DNA from: Acidobacteriota bacterium
GTDB lineage: Bacteria; Acidobacteriota; UBA6911; RPQK01; JAJDTT01
Reading direction: 5' to 3'
Length of the DNA: 64,000 nt
Assembly (NCBI GenBank): GCA_965209055.1
Contig: OZ242374.1
Span: 1,920,001 to 1,984,000, forward strand
Under the pieces are notes generated by a model. It made no database searches, was not told the origin of the DNA, and saw only the letters and a list, made by a program, of their open reading frames with translations. Each line of letters opens with the position of its first letter. Position 1 is the first letter of the stretch. Positions 38,378 through 47,962 of the stretch are shown here, piece by piece. The translations under genes were made by a program, and so were the position numbers.

Positions 38378-39358
38378 TCAACAGGTCAGGACGATCTTGC
38401 CGAAGTTCCCGTTGCTCTCCATGAAGGAATGCGCCTCGGCAGCCAGCTCCAGGGGAAACTCCCGGTCGATGACCGGTGTGAGGACGCCGTTTTCGAAAAA
38501 GGGCAGGATTCGTCGCCGGAACTCCTGGTTGAGACGGATCTTCTCCTCCACCGGACGGGGACGCAGGACCGTCCCGCGAATCCGCAGGCTCTGCTTGAGG
38601 ATCCGCGAGAGGTCGATGGGGGCCGATGGTCCGCCCAGCAACCCGATCAGGATCAGCCGGCCCCGGGGAGCCAGGCAGGAGAGATTCTGCTCCAGATAGG
38701 GCGCGCCGACCATGTCCAGGATCAGGTCGACCCCTCTTCCTCCCGTCAACTCGAGCACGGCTTCCCGGAACTCCCCGCGTTTTGTGAGAAGGGGGTGATC
38801 CAGGCCCAGCTCCCGGCAGCGGTCCAGTTTCGGCCGGGACCGGGAGGTGCCGATGCTCGTGGCCCCGCTCAGACGGCACAGTTGAAGCGCCGCGGTTCCC
38901 ACGCCGCTGCCGGCCCCATGGAGCAGCAGGGTCTGGCCCGGTCCCAGTCCGCCCTGCAGATGGAGGGCGTCGAAGGCGGTCAGGAAGACCTCGGGGATCC
39001 CGGCCGCCTCCTGAAAGCTGAGACAATCCGGTATGGGCAGCGCCAGGCGCTCGGGAGTGACCACCTTCTCCGCATAGCCCGCACCCGGCAACAAGCCCAT
39101 GACCCGTTGTCCCGGCCGGAATTCGGTGACTGCGGGACCGGCCGCTTCCACGGAACCCGCAAACTCGAGACCGGGAATCCGGGGATGGACGCCGGGAGGG
39201 GGCGGATAGAGGCCGCGCCGTTGGAGCAGGTCGGCCCGGTTCAGGGCGGTGGCGCGGACCCGGACCAGGATTTCTCCGGGTGACGGCGCCGGGTCGGGGA
39301 CCTCGCCCGGGCGAAGCGCTTCCGGACCTCCGGGTTCTTGGATCAGGACTGCTCTCAT
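38378..39358 (-). CDS. NAD(P)H-quinone oxidoreductase (PIG3 family)
   Basis: LNRADLLQRRGLYPPP, HGAGSGVG and GKIVL. Confidence 0.9.
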   Translation of the reverse strand: MRAVLIQEPGGPEALRPGEVPDPAPSPGEILVRVRATALNRADLLQRRGLYPPPPGVHPRIPGLEFAGSVEAAGPAVTEFRPGQRVMGLLPGAGYAEKVVTPERLALPIPDCLSFQEAAGIPEVFLTAFDALHLQGGLGPGQTLLLHGAGSGVGTAALQLCRLSGATSIGTSRSRPKLDRCRELGLDHPLLTKRGEFREAVLELTGGRGVDLILDMVGAPYLEQNLSCLAPRGRLILIGLLGGPSAPIDLSRILKQSLRIRGTVLRPRPVEEKIRLNQEFRRRILPFFENGVLTPVIDREFPLELAAEAHSFMESNGNFGKIVLTC

Positions 39359-39421
39359 GCCTCTCACGAAACGGCCGGATGCGGGCCAAACCGGTTCCCG
39401 CAGCCGCGCGGTGGGGCTGGG

Positions 39422-39451
39422 GGAGTTCGGCGGTTAGGAATCCGCCGCTCC
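39422..39451. repeat. Hairpin repeat (tag on the minus strand)
   Basis: GGAGTTCGGCGGTTAGGAATCCGCCGCTCC. Confidence 0.8.
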
Positions 39452-39594
39452 GCCGTTCCCGCGGCGGGGCTCCGGTGGAAGGGTGCCGGAGGGCTATGCT
39501 AGGAGCCTGCGCCGCAGAAATCAAAATCTTTCAAGTTGCTCCGGCCCCGCAAAGTCTTGGGGCCGGACGCCGGGTCAACTGGTAGACTAGCAAC

Positions 39595-40323
39595 GTGGAC
39601 CTGTTTTCCTTTCTCCGAGGATCGCCGGAGAGACAGATCAGAAGGGCGCGCAAGAAGGTGAAGGAGCCTCACGGGGATCCGGCCGTCCGGATCAATGCCT
39701 GCCGGCGCCTGTACGAGATGGGCACGCCCGAAGCCCTGCTGGCGCTCTTGGACCGCTACACCATCAGCACGTCTCCCCTGATTCGGGACCAGGAGGAAAA
39801 GGAGGAACTGCTCTCCTGGATCGTCCGAATCGATCGGAAAGCCGTCCCCTCCCTGCTCACGTTCCTGAAGCGGGAGAGGCAGGTCTACTGGCCCCTGCGG
39901 GCGCTTCAGGAAATCCTGCCCAGCGACGAATTGGCGGCGCGCATCGACGAGATCCTCCGCTACCATTGGGAATACCCTCCGGCCAGTTCCGAGCCCAAGA
40001 CCCAGTTGATCCGGTCGCTGGAGGAGATTCATTCCGCCGGATTGCTGGAGACGGTGCGGCTGTTCCTGGAGGACGAGGACGACGACGTCTGCCTGGCGGC
40101 GGCGGACTATCTCTTCGGCCGTCCCCAGGAGGAGGGCCGCGAATCGGTGTTGAAGTGCTACCTGGACGCGGAGGACCGCCCCCGGGTCCGCGCCCAGATC
40201 CTGGAGCGTCTGGCGGAGCATGGTTGGAAGGTGACGGGATTTCGAGCCAAGGTGGAGGAGTCCCTTCCGCCGGGATATACGCTCAGCCGCGGCGGCACCT
40301 TGAGGGTGCTGGGTACTCGGTAA
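39595..40323 (+). CDS. HEAT-repeat-like hypothetical protein
   Basis: Helical repeats (FLEDEDDDVCLAAA) and host-like codon usage. Confidence 0.65.
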   Translation: MDLFSFLRGSPERQIRRARKKVKEPHGDPAVRINACRRLYEMGTPEALLALLDRYTISTSPLIRDQEEKEELLSWIVRIDRKAVPSLLTFLKRERQVYWPLRALQEILPSDELAARIDEILRYHWEYPPASSEPKTQLIRSLEEIHSAGLLETVRLFLEDEDDDVCLAAADYLFGRPQEEGRESVLKCYLDAEDRPRVRAQILERLAEHGWKVTGFRAKVEESLPPGYTLSRGGTLRVLGTR

Positions 40324-40357
40324 CCATCCGGTTTGCCGGAGAAAGGATGCGCGTCCC

Positions 40358-40816
40358 TTGATCGAAGGCGTTTCAGTCACGGAGCTGGTGACCCACACCG
40401 ACAGCCGCGGCTTCTTCCGGGAGATTCTCCGGGTGACGGACCATCACTTCCGGGAGGGGTTCGGCCAGTGGAGCCACAGCCTCATGTACACCGGAGTGGC
40501 CAAGGCCTGGCACGTCCACGGCAAGCAGACCGACTGGTGGTACGTGGCGGGCGGCGTTCTGAAGGTGGCCCTGCACGACCGCCGCGGCGGGTCCCCCACC
40601 GAGGGGGAGACCATGGAGCTGTTCATGGGCGACGGATATCCGCCCATCCTGCTGGGAATCCCGCCCGGTGTCGCCCATGGCTGCAAGTGCCTGGCCGGTC
40701 CGGCCCACCTCCTGTATGTGACATCCCGCGTCTACGACCCCGGCGACGAGGGACGGATCCCGCACGACGACCCCGAGATCGGCTATGACTGGGTCGCGGG
40801 ACCGCCCATCCGGTAG
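40358..40816 (+). CDS. dTDP-4-dehydrorhamnose 3,5-epimerase family (cupin)
   Basis: DSRGFFRE, KAWHVH and IPPGVAHG. Confidence 0.85.
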   Translation: MIEGVSVTELVTHTDSRGFFREILRVTDHHFREGFGQWSHSLMYTGVAKAWHVHGKQTDWWYVAGGVLKVALHDRRGGSPTEGETMELFMGDGYPPILLGIPPGVAHGCKCLAGPAHLLYVTSRVYDPGDEGRIPHDDPEIGYDWVAGPPIR

Positions 40817-41326
40817 GGGCAGACGTTGTGGCCGACATCTTCGCTCCGCACCAACTTTCCGACGTTGGCGTGGACCCAGGAGCCGACCAGAAGCGGCGAA
40901 TCTCCAGTCGTCCATTTCACCCACGGTGGTGCCGATTCTCCTTCATGTGCTGCCTTACAGCTGGATTTCTCCGTCTGAAACTGATCCTTACTCCAACCAA
41001 GATGCTTTTCACCCGCATCGCTGAGATAATGGAGAATTCCTGGATCTCGCGTCCAGCATTGTTCGATTCAGACCCATACAGTATGTTGTGATTAGAAACT
41101 TATTCCAGACCCATGGATCCTGGCATCGAAATCTGGACATCCAGGGCGTGGAAATCAGGCGCGAAACACCGTCTCCTGATCATGTCTTCGGTTCCACAAC
41201 CGTTCTTGCAACATATGGGCCGGAGTTCCGAAGCCAGGGACTCAGGGATCTCCCCTGAGAGTTCGTGCCAATCCGCCGTCTCGAAGAATCTCTGCCAACA
41301 GAAACAGAATCACCTGAGGAGTAAGG

Positions 41327-42304
41327 ATGGCTCGTAGCGACCTCCTTGTTTCGCTCGTTCGAGCGGGCGCTTCAGGGAACAGGAAAAAACTCACTGCCGC
41401 CGTTCACGCGATAATCGCAGAAGAGCGTGCAAAACGACACAATATTCTGGCCGAGCGCTTGACCCGCGCATTGCACAACGGCAACGGTAAACGTACCGGC
41501 TTCCTCGAAGTGCAGCCTTCTGCCAGTGCCCGCGACTACGTTCTCGAAGTCACGCCGCGGAAACGACTTGAAGACCTTTTTCTTTCCGAGCTCTGTGAGC
41601 GGGCGTGCCGCGAACTCATTGAGGAACAACACCGCGCTGGTCTTTTGCGTTCGCACAGCCTGGAGCCACGTCACCGCATACTCCTCGTAGGTCCGCCCGG
41701 CAACGGCAAGACTTCATTAGCCGAAGCCATTGCAGAGGCGCTCGCGGTACAGTTTTTCGTCGTTCGCTACGATGCAATCATCGGCAGTTTTCTTGGTGAG
41801 ACGGCGACCCGTCTGCGTCGCATCTTTGACTACGCGCGAACAACACCGTGCGTCCTTTTCTTCGACGAGTTCGACGCCGTGGGTAAGGAACGTGGCGACG
41901 AGAACGAAACGGGGGAAATCAAGCGTGTCGTAACTTCGTTGCTGATGCAGATCGATGACCTGCCCAGCTATACGGTCGTGGTCACGGCATCCAACCATTC
42001 TGAGCTTCTCGACCGCGCTGTCTGGCGGCGGTTCCAACTATGTCTGGAATTGCCAGCGCCGACGCGAGCGCAAATCAGCCGTTACCTGAAAGCGTTTTCC
42101 AGAAGGATGGACGAGCCCCTGGGTGTCTCCCCGGAAAAGATGGCCGAATCCCTTGGCAGGATCAGCTATGCAGAAACGGAAGAGTTCTGCTACGGCATTC
42201 TTAGACGCCATGCACTGTCCATGGGCGAGAAACGCCTAAAGGCCATCGTCGCCGAACAATTGAAGCAGTGGCGGGCAAGAGCGCGTCAACCGGACGTTAG
42301 CTGA
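41327..42304 (+). CDS. AAA+ ATPase, IetA-like
   Basis: GPPGNGKT, FFDEFD, GEIKRVV and LDRAVWRRF. Directly upstream of an S8 protease, with visibly lower GC. Confidence 0.9.
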   Translation: MARSDLLVSLVRAGASGNRKKLTAAVHAIIAEERAKRHNILAERLTRALHNGNGKRTGFLEVQPSASARDYVLEVTPRKRLEDLFLSELCERACRELIEEQHRAGLLRSHSLEPRHRILLVGPPGNGKTSLAEAIAEALAVQFFVVRYDAIIGSFLGETATRLRRIFDYARTTPCVLFFDEFDAVGKERGDENETGEIKRVVTSLLMQIDDLPSYTVVVTASNHSELLDRAVWRRFQLCLELPAPTRAQISRYLKAFSRRMDEPLGVSPEKMAESLGRISYAETEEFCYGILRRHALSMGEKRLKAIVAEQLKQWRARARQPDVS

Positions 42305-42311
42305 GCCGCGC

Positions 42312-44903
42312 ATGACCGAATATCCCCTTCTGCCCTTGCCGGCATTCGAGCCGGGCGAGTTGCCGACCTCGCAGGGATTCCCGCCAGGTAGCCCATATCC
42401 AGTATTGTCCGCGGAGAGGCAGAAATCCCGTCTCGGTCCGAAATTCGATCGCCTGAGAAGTGTTTTGGAGTCGGATCGGGGTGGCTTATCACTGCGTGAC
42501 GATCCTTCGAGCATCGCGCCTGAGCGGGCACTCGTACTGGAGGTGACCGGATCGATTGGTGATTTCTACTCACTCGTGAGGAGAGTGGAGGGACTGGAGT
42601 TTCTTGGCGATGAAGAAATGGAGTTTGAGCCCGACGAGGATTTCTTCCTTTTAGACACTCGGGTAGGACGGAAGGGGGATCCTCGACCGGACAAACCGGT
42701 CGGCGGCCGTCTCTATCTGGCGATGCCCGATGTTCGTGCGCTGAGGGAATTGCTGGGGCTGTGGAATCGTTGGCAGCGCGGAGAGGATCTTCCAACTGGT
42801 CGGACGCCGTGGCGGGATCTATTTGCGAGTTTGCGTGATATTCGACCCTGGGGACCGGCCGATAGGCTTACGGATACAACTATTGAGCGCTGGCTCGAAG
42901 AGCTTGAAACCGACCCAACAGCCGTGTGTCGCATCGAAGCGGAATTGTGGTTTCGTGGGACCATGTCGCTCGGAGATTCACCTTACCGGCGATTGGAGGC
43001 AGCTGTTTCCAATGCCGCCGGCAAGATCGTCGATCATGCTGTAATCGAAGAAATTGGTTACGAAGCGGCTCTCATAGACTTGCCCGCTACTGAAATCAAG
43101 CGTTTGATTGCGCGCGAGGAAATCCATCTCGCGATCTGTGACGAGGTGATGTATCTGCGCCCACAGTCTTCGGTAGATATTCCGGAACCGAGCGATGAAA
43201 CCGGATTCGGATGGGATCTTCCCATCGAATTACCAGCCGGACTGCCCGCAGTTGTGGCGTTGCTCGATGGTTTTCCGGTGCAGAATCATCAACTGTTGCG
43301 GGGGCGCATTGATGTTGATGACGCAGACGATCTGGAGCCTATGAGCGTCGTTAGCGACCGTTATCACGGTACGGCAATGGCGTCGCTGATTTTGCACGGA
43401 GACAGAAACCGTCAGCAGCCATCGATTCAGCGTAGGCTTCACGTACGGCCGGTCCTTTACGCACCGGGAAACGGGGTTCGTGAGGAGCCAAAGCGGGATC
43501 GTCTTTTCGTCGATACGATCTACCGTGCAGTCAGACGCGTGAAGGAAGGAGATATGTCCGGTGGTCCGACGGCCCCGGAAGTGTTCCTGATCAATCTCTC
43601 CATATGTGATCTGAATCGGCCATTCGCTGGTCCCATGAGCCCCTTTGAGAAGCTTCTCGATTATCTTGCCGAACGCTATGGAATTCTTTTTCTGGTAAGC
43701 GCTGGCAACATAGTGCTTCCTCTGCCCATAGACGACTTCCCCGACTGGACAAGTCTCGAAAACGCATCGCCTGAAGAACGTGAGCGAGCAGTGCTCTCGG
43801 CTCTCGCCGAACACAAGTGGGAACGGACACTCCTATCACCGGCCGAAGCACTGAATGTGGTGACGGTAGGCGCCCTGCATCACGACTCGGTTGTGACGTC
43901 TCGAGGCGCGTTGGTAGTAGACCCTTATGCCAATGCGGACCTTCCTAACATCAGTTCCGCATTGGGCCTCGGCCACCGAAGGGTCATCAAACCCGATATC
44001 CATCTTCCGGGAGGCCGTGAACAAATCAGTTTTCAGGGCAGTGGCCAGACGCTCATAGTCGTTCCCGGCGGACGATCTGGCTTAAGTACCGCGTCTCCGG
44101 ATCCCGATGGAAGGCTTGATAGCCTCCACCTGACACCGGGAACCAGTGCTGCTACCGCCCTCGCCACAAGAGCGGCACATCGAATATTCGAAGCGCTGAT
44201 GGATCGATCCGGTGGGTCTATGCTCACGAAAATGGACCCACGATTCTATGCCGTCGTGATCAAGGCGCTGCTGGTGCATCGGTCGAGTTGGGGAAATCGC
44301 GCCCAGGTGCTAGACTAGCTTTATGGACCGCATGGACGGGGACAGCACGTAGCAAGAAGCGACAACATCGCGCGTCTTTTGGGGTATGGGTTCCCGGATG
44401 TGGAAGAAGCCATCGCCTGTGCTCCGAATCGGGCGACGCTGGTGGGCTATGGGACCATCAAAGCCCGGGAAACTAACATCCATCGAATTCCTCTTCCGCC
44501 GAGCCTGGAGATGGTCACCGAGCCCAGAGCGATCACGGTGACGGTGGCTTGGTTTTCGCCGATCAACCGTTTTCATCAGGCATATCGTCGTGCGAAGCTG
44601 GAAGTGACGGCCGTTAATAAATTTCCCGCCGCCGCGGGGGTGACGAGGGCGAGCCTCCAACCCTCGTATCATTCGGTTTTACGCGGCACGCTTTTCCATA
44701 CCCGGTATGAAGGCGGAGACGCGGTGCCATTCATCGATGGCGGATACGTGCTATTGCGCGTGATGTGCAAGGAGCAAGCTGGTTCCCTGGATCAGAGCAT
44801 TAACTACGGAGTTGCGGTGACCATCGAGGCAGGCGAAGGCATTCACGTCTACCAGGAGGTTCGGGACCGGCTCGCCGTGCTGGTAAGACCTCGGGTCCCT
44901 TAG
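42312..44903 (+). pseudogene. S8 subtilisin-like protease, IetS-like, interrupted by an in-frame TAG at 44316-44318
   Basis: Triad motifs LLDG, HGTAMAS and GTSAA. After the TAG the same frame continues (LYGPHG...LGYGFPD...) to 44903. Confidence 0.85.
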
Positions 44904-45147
44904 GAGGCTGTCTCCATGCTCTCCATGGTATTCGACTCGGTCCGTATTCCGGCTGACTGTTTTGTTCATGGGTGTAACGATCCGGGTTGTTCTTCTGTCG
45001 GGTATTGTCACTCCAGACGCCGGCGGGTGGCCCAGGATTACAGACACCGACATCGCTCAATCCGAGTCGATTAGTATCGAGAACCGCGACGGGCGCGGAC
45101 GAAAACGGTTGAGATTCGGCGGGATTCCCGATTGCGAGAGGAGAAGC

Positions 45148-45558
45148 ATGGCTCAATACTGGTTGCTCAAATCCGAGCCCAAAGATTATTCATACGAGGA
45201 TCTGGAACGGGACCAGCATACGGTCTGGGACGGAGTGGCCAACCGGCTGGCACTGAAACACCTGAACCGGATGGGTCCGGGGGATCAGGCCTTCATCTAC
45301 CACACGGGCCGGGTCCGGGCCATCATCGGCATCGCCGACGTGGTCTCGTCCCCCTATCCCGATCCTGAGAAGGACGATCCCACGTTGACGGTGGTGGACG
45401 TGGAGGCGCGGAAGCGGCTGGCCCGGCCGGTCACACTGAAAGAGGTCAAGGCGGACCCTCGCTTCGCCGGTTTCATTCTGGTCCGGCTTCCCCGGCTCTC
45501 GGTCATGCCCGTGTCCGAGACCCAGTGGCGTCAGTTGCTGGAAATGTCCGGCACGTAG
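45148..45558 (+). CDS. EVE domain protein
   Basis: YWLLKSEP, WDGV, FIYHTG and RLSVMPV. GAGGAG RBS. Confidence 0.92.
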   Translation: MAQYWLLKSEPKDYSYEDLERDQHTVWDGVANRLALKHLNRMGPGDQAFIYHTGRVRAIIGIADVVSSPYPDPEKDDPTLTVVDVEARKRLARPVTLKEVKADPRFAGFILVRLPRLSVMPVSETQWRQLLEMSGT

Positions 45559-45589
45559 AATCGCGAGACCCCTCACCGGACGACTGGAC

Positions 45590-46798
45590 GTGCCGCCGCC
45601 GGACTGGCTCATTTTCCTGGCCCTGCTCTCCCTGCTGGAAGGTCTGTATTCGCTGAGGGGAGGCCTCCGGTTTCTGCGGATGTTCCGCGGGGCGTCGGAT
45701 GCGGTCCCGGGATCGTATGCCCCCCCGTTGACGTTGATGGTTCCGTGCCGGGGACTGGATCCGGGCCTGGACCGGAACCTTTCGGCGTTTCTGGATCTGG
45801 AGTACCCCGACTGGCAGTTGCTCCTGGTCACCGATGACCAGGCCGACGCTTCCGTACCGGTGATCCGGTCCCTGCTGGAACGCTCTGCCCACAACCGGGT
45901 CCGGCTTCTGTTCTCGGGGAAAGCCCGGGGGAGGAGCCAGAAGGTCCACAACCTGCTCCATGCGCTGGACCACCTTCGGCCTCGCGACCGGGTGCTGGCG
46001 TTCGGCGACTCGGACATCCGGCCCGACCCCCTCTGGCTCCGCCACCTGGTGGCGCCCCTGGAAGATCACGAGGTGGGAGCCAGCACCGGTTATCGCTGGT
46101 ATCTCCCCCAGAAGGGGGGCTTCGGATCGGTCCTCCGATCGGTCTGGAACGCGGGCATCGCTTCCCTGATGAGCGAGGGCAACAGCTACTTCGCCTGGGG
46201 AGGGGCCATGGCGATCCGCCGGGAGGTCTTCGACTCCTGCGCCGTCGCGGACCACTGGCAGCACACGCTCAGCGACGACCTCTCGCTGAGCCGGGCGGTG
46301 AAAGCCGGCGGGCGGTCCATCCGGTTCCAACCCAAGTGCCTGAGCTTTTCCTACGAGGACGCGAGCCTCAGGGATCTGCTGGGGTGGAGCCGCCGGCAAC
46401 TGGCCATCACCCGGGTCTACCATCCGAACCTCTGGAGAGCCGCATTCGCCACGCAATTGGTCTATCTGGTGGCCGTGTGGGGGGGAGGCGCCTGGGCCCG
46501 GACCAGCCTCAACCTCTACGGTCCGGATCCCCGGTCGGTGGCGCTTGCGGCCCTGGTGATCGCCATCCTGGCGGCCGGAGCCGTCAAGGCCTGGCTCCGG
46601 CTTCGGGCCGTGGCCGTGCTCTTTCCCGAGGCGCCGCTCCCGAGAGGGTGGCTGGTCATCCCCCACACCTGCTGGGGGGCGCTGGCCAACCTGGTCACGG
46701 TGGCCGCAATGGTGGGGTCGCTGTCGACCCGAAACCTGCGCTGGCGGGGGATCACCTATCGCATGGTCTCTCCCACCGAGACCCGGGTGTTGGATTGA
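45590..46798 (+). CDS. Glycosyltransferase, GT21/ceramide glucosyltransferase-like
   Basis: PCRG, KVHNL, DSD, WGGAM, SDD and WSRRQ. Confidence 0.8.
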   Translation: MPPPDWLIFLALLSLLEGLYSLRGGLRFLRMFRGASDAVPGSYAPPLTLMVPCRGLDPGLDRNLSAFLDLEYPDWQLLLVTDDQADASVPVIRSLLERSAHNRVRLLFSGKARGRSQKVHNLLHALDHLRPRDRVLAFGDSDIRPDPLWLRHLVAPLEDHEVGASTGYRWYLPQKGGFGSVLRSVWNAGIASLMSEGNSYFAWGGAMAIRREVFDSCAVADHWQHTLSDDLSLSRAVKAGGRSIRFQPKCLSFSYEDASLRDLLGWSRRQLAITRVYHPNLWRAAFATQLVYLVAVWGGGAWARTSLNLYGPDPRSVALAALVIAILAAGAVKAWLRLRAVAVLFPEAPLPRGWLVIPHTCWGALANLVTVAAMVGSLSTRNLRWRGITYRMVSPTETRVLD

Positions 46799-46832
46799 TC
46801 GGGACCCCGGCTTCCTGTAAAACGGGAACACC

Positions 46833-47885
46833 GTGGATCTGAACACCCTGATCCTGTTCGTCACCAGCCGCTGCAACGCTCGCTGCGAGACCTGCTTCTA
46901 CTGGGAGGACCTCAATCGTCCCGGGGACCTGACCTTCGAAGAGATCGAAGCGCTCTCGGCCGGCATGCCCCGATTCCATGAACTCTGGCTCTCGGGCGGC
47001 GAGCCGATGATGCGCCCCCGTTTGGCGGAAATCCTGGGGATGTTCTACCACCGCAACGGCGTGCGCACACTGAACCTTCCCACCAACGGACTCTTCGCCG
47101 AGAGGACCTTGGAACTCATGGAGTACACCTCCCGGGAACTGCCCGGGATGGAGGTGAATCTGAACCTGGCGCTGGACGGGTTCGCCTCGACGCACGACCG
47201 GATCCGGGGCGTGCCGGGCAACTTCGATCGAGCGTTGGAGACCATCCGGCTGCTCACGGACCGGGAGTCCCGCCTCCCCGGGGTGAGGGTCCACGTGAAC
47301 TCGGTGGTCACCGCCGACAATATCCATGAACTGGAGGACCTGGGGTGGTGGCTGGCCCGGAACACGGACCTGAACGGACACTACTTCCAGGTGATCCGGG
47401 GAGAGGCCAAGGACCCGGAACTGAAGCGGATCACCCGGGCGGACCTGGGGGATTTCTACCGGACGGTCAAGCCGATCCACGAGCACTACGGCCGCAAGCT
47501 GGCCCGCCGCAAGGGGGGGAGCCTCCGGGGTTGGATCAAGAAGCTCTACTACACGCAGACCATCTACTTTCACTACACGCTCCAGGAGCGGAACTTCGAG
47601 GCTTCCGACTCTTGGCCCATGGCCTGCACGGCAGGCAAGACCATCCTGGTGGTGGACTACAACGGCGACCTGCGCGCCTGCGAGCTGCGGGAAAAAATCC
47701 TGAATCTCAGGGACGTGAATTTCGATTTCCGCAAGGCGTACTCCTCACGGCCGGTGCGGGAAGAGACGGAGCAGATCGTCAAGGACGCCTGCTGGTGCAC
47801 CCACGTCTGCTTCATCCACGACAGTCTCAAGGCCAGCCCCCGCGCCAAGTTCTTCGACATCCCCCTCGGCGCCAAGGTCGTCTGA
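46833..47885 (+). CDS. Radical SAM protein with a SPASM/twitch-like tail
   Basis: CNARCETC, SGGEP, HDRIRG and C-terminal cysteines (ACTAG, ACE, CWCTHVC). Confidence 0.9.
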   Translation: MDLNTLILFVTSRCNARCETCFYWEDLNRPGDLTFEEIEALSAGMPRFHELWLSGGEPMMRPRLAEILGMFYHRNGVRTLNLPTNGLFAERTLELMEYTSRELPGMEVNLNLALDGFASTHDRIRGVPGNFDRALETIRLLTDRESRLPGVRVHVNSVVTADNIHELEDLGWWLARNTDLNGHYFQVIRGEAKDPELKRITRADLGDFYRTVKPIHEHYGRKLARRKGGSLRGWIKKLYYTQTIYFHYTLQERNFEASDSWPMACTAGKTILVVDYNGDLRACELREKILNLRDVNFDFRKAYSSRPVREETEQIVKDACWCTHVCFIHDSLKASPRAKFFDIPLGAKVV

Positions 47886-47896
47886 TCGAGCGCCCG

Positions 47897-47920
47897 GGAG
47901 AGGCGGTTTTCCTGCCGCCC
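47897..47920. repeat. GGAG-tagged hairpin
   Basis: GGAGAGGCGGTTTTCCTGCCGCC between convergent genes. Confidence 0.65.
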
Positions 47921-47962
47921 CGTGAACAGGGAACTTCCAGTCCCGGCTGTCCCACAGTCGGG

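Noticed and set aside
40828-41337. Small ORFs in the low-GC leader of the AAA/S8 island
   Set aside because: No RBS, motif or coding-like composition. No integrase or att repeat was found bounding the island.
44904-45147. Possible structured ncRNA (TCGACTCGG 44932 / CCGAGTCGA 45062, TGTCGG / CCGACA)
   Set aside because: Short, asymmetric pairings compatible with chance, and no family motif recognised.
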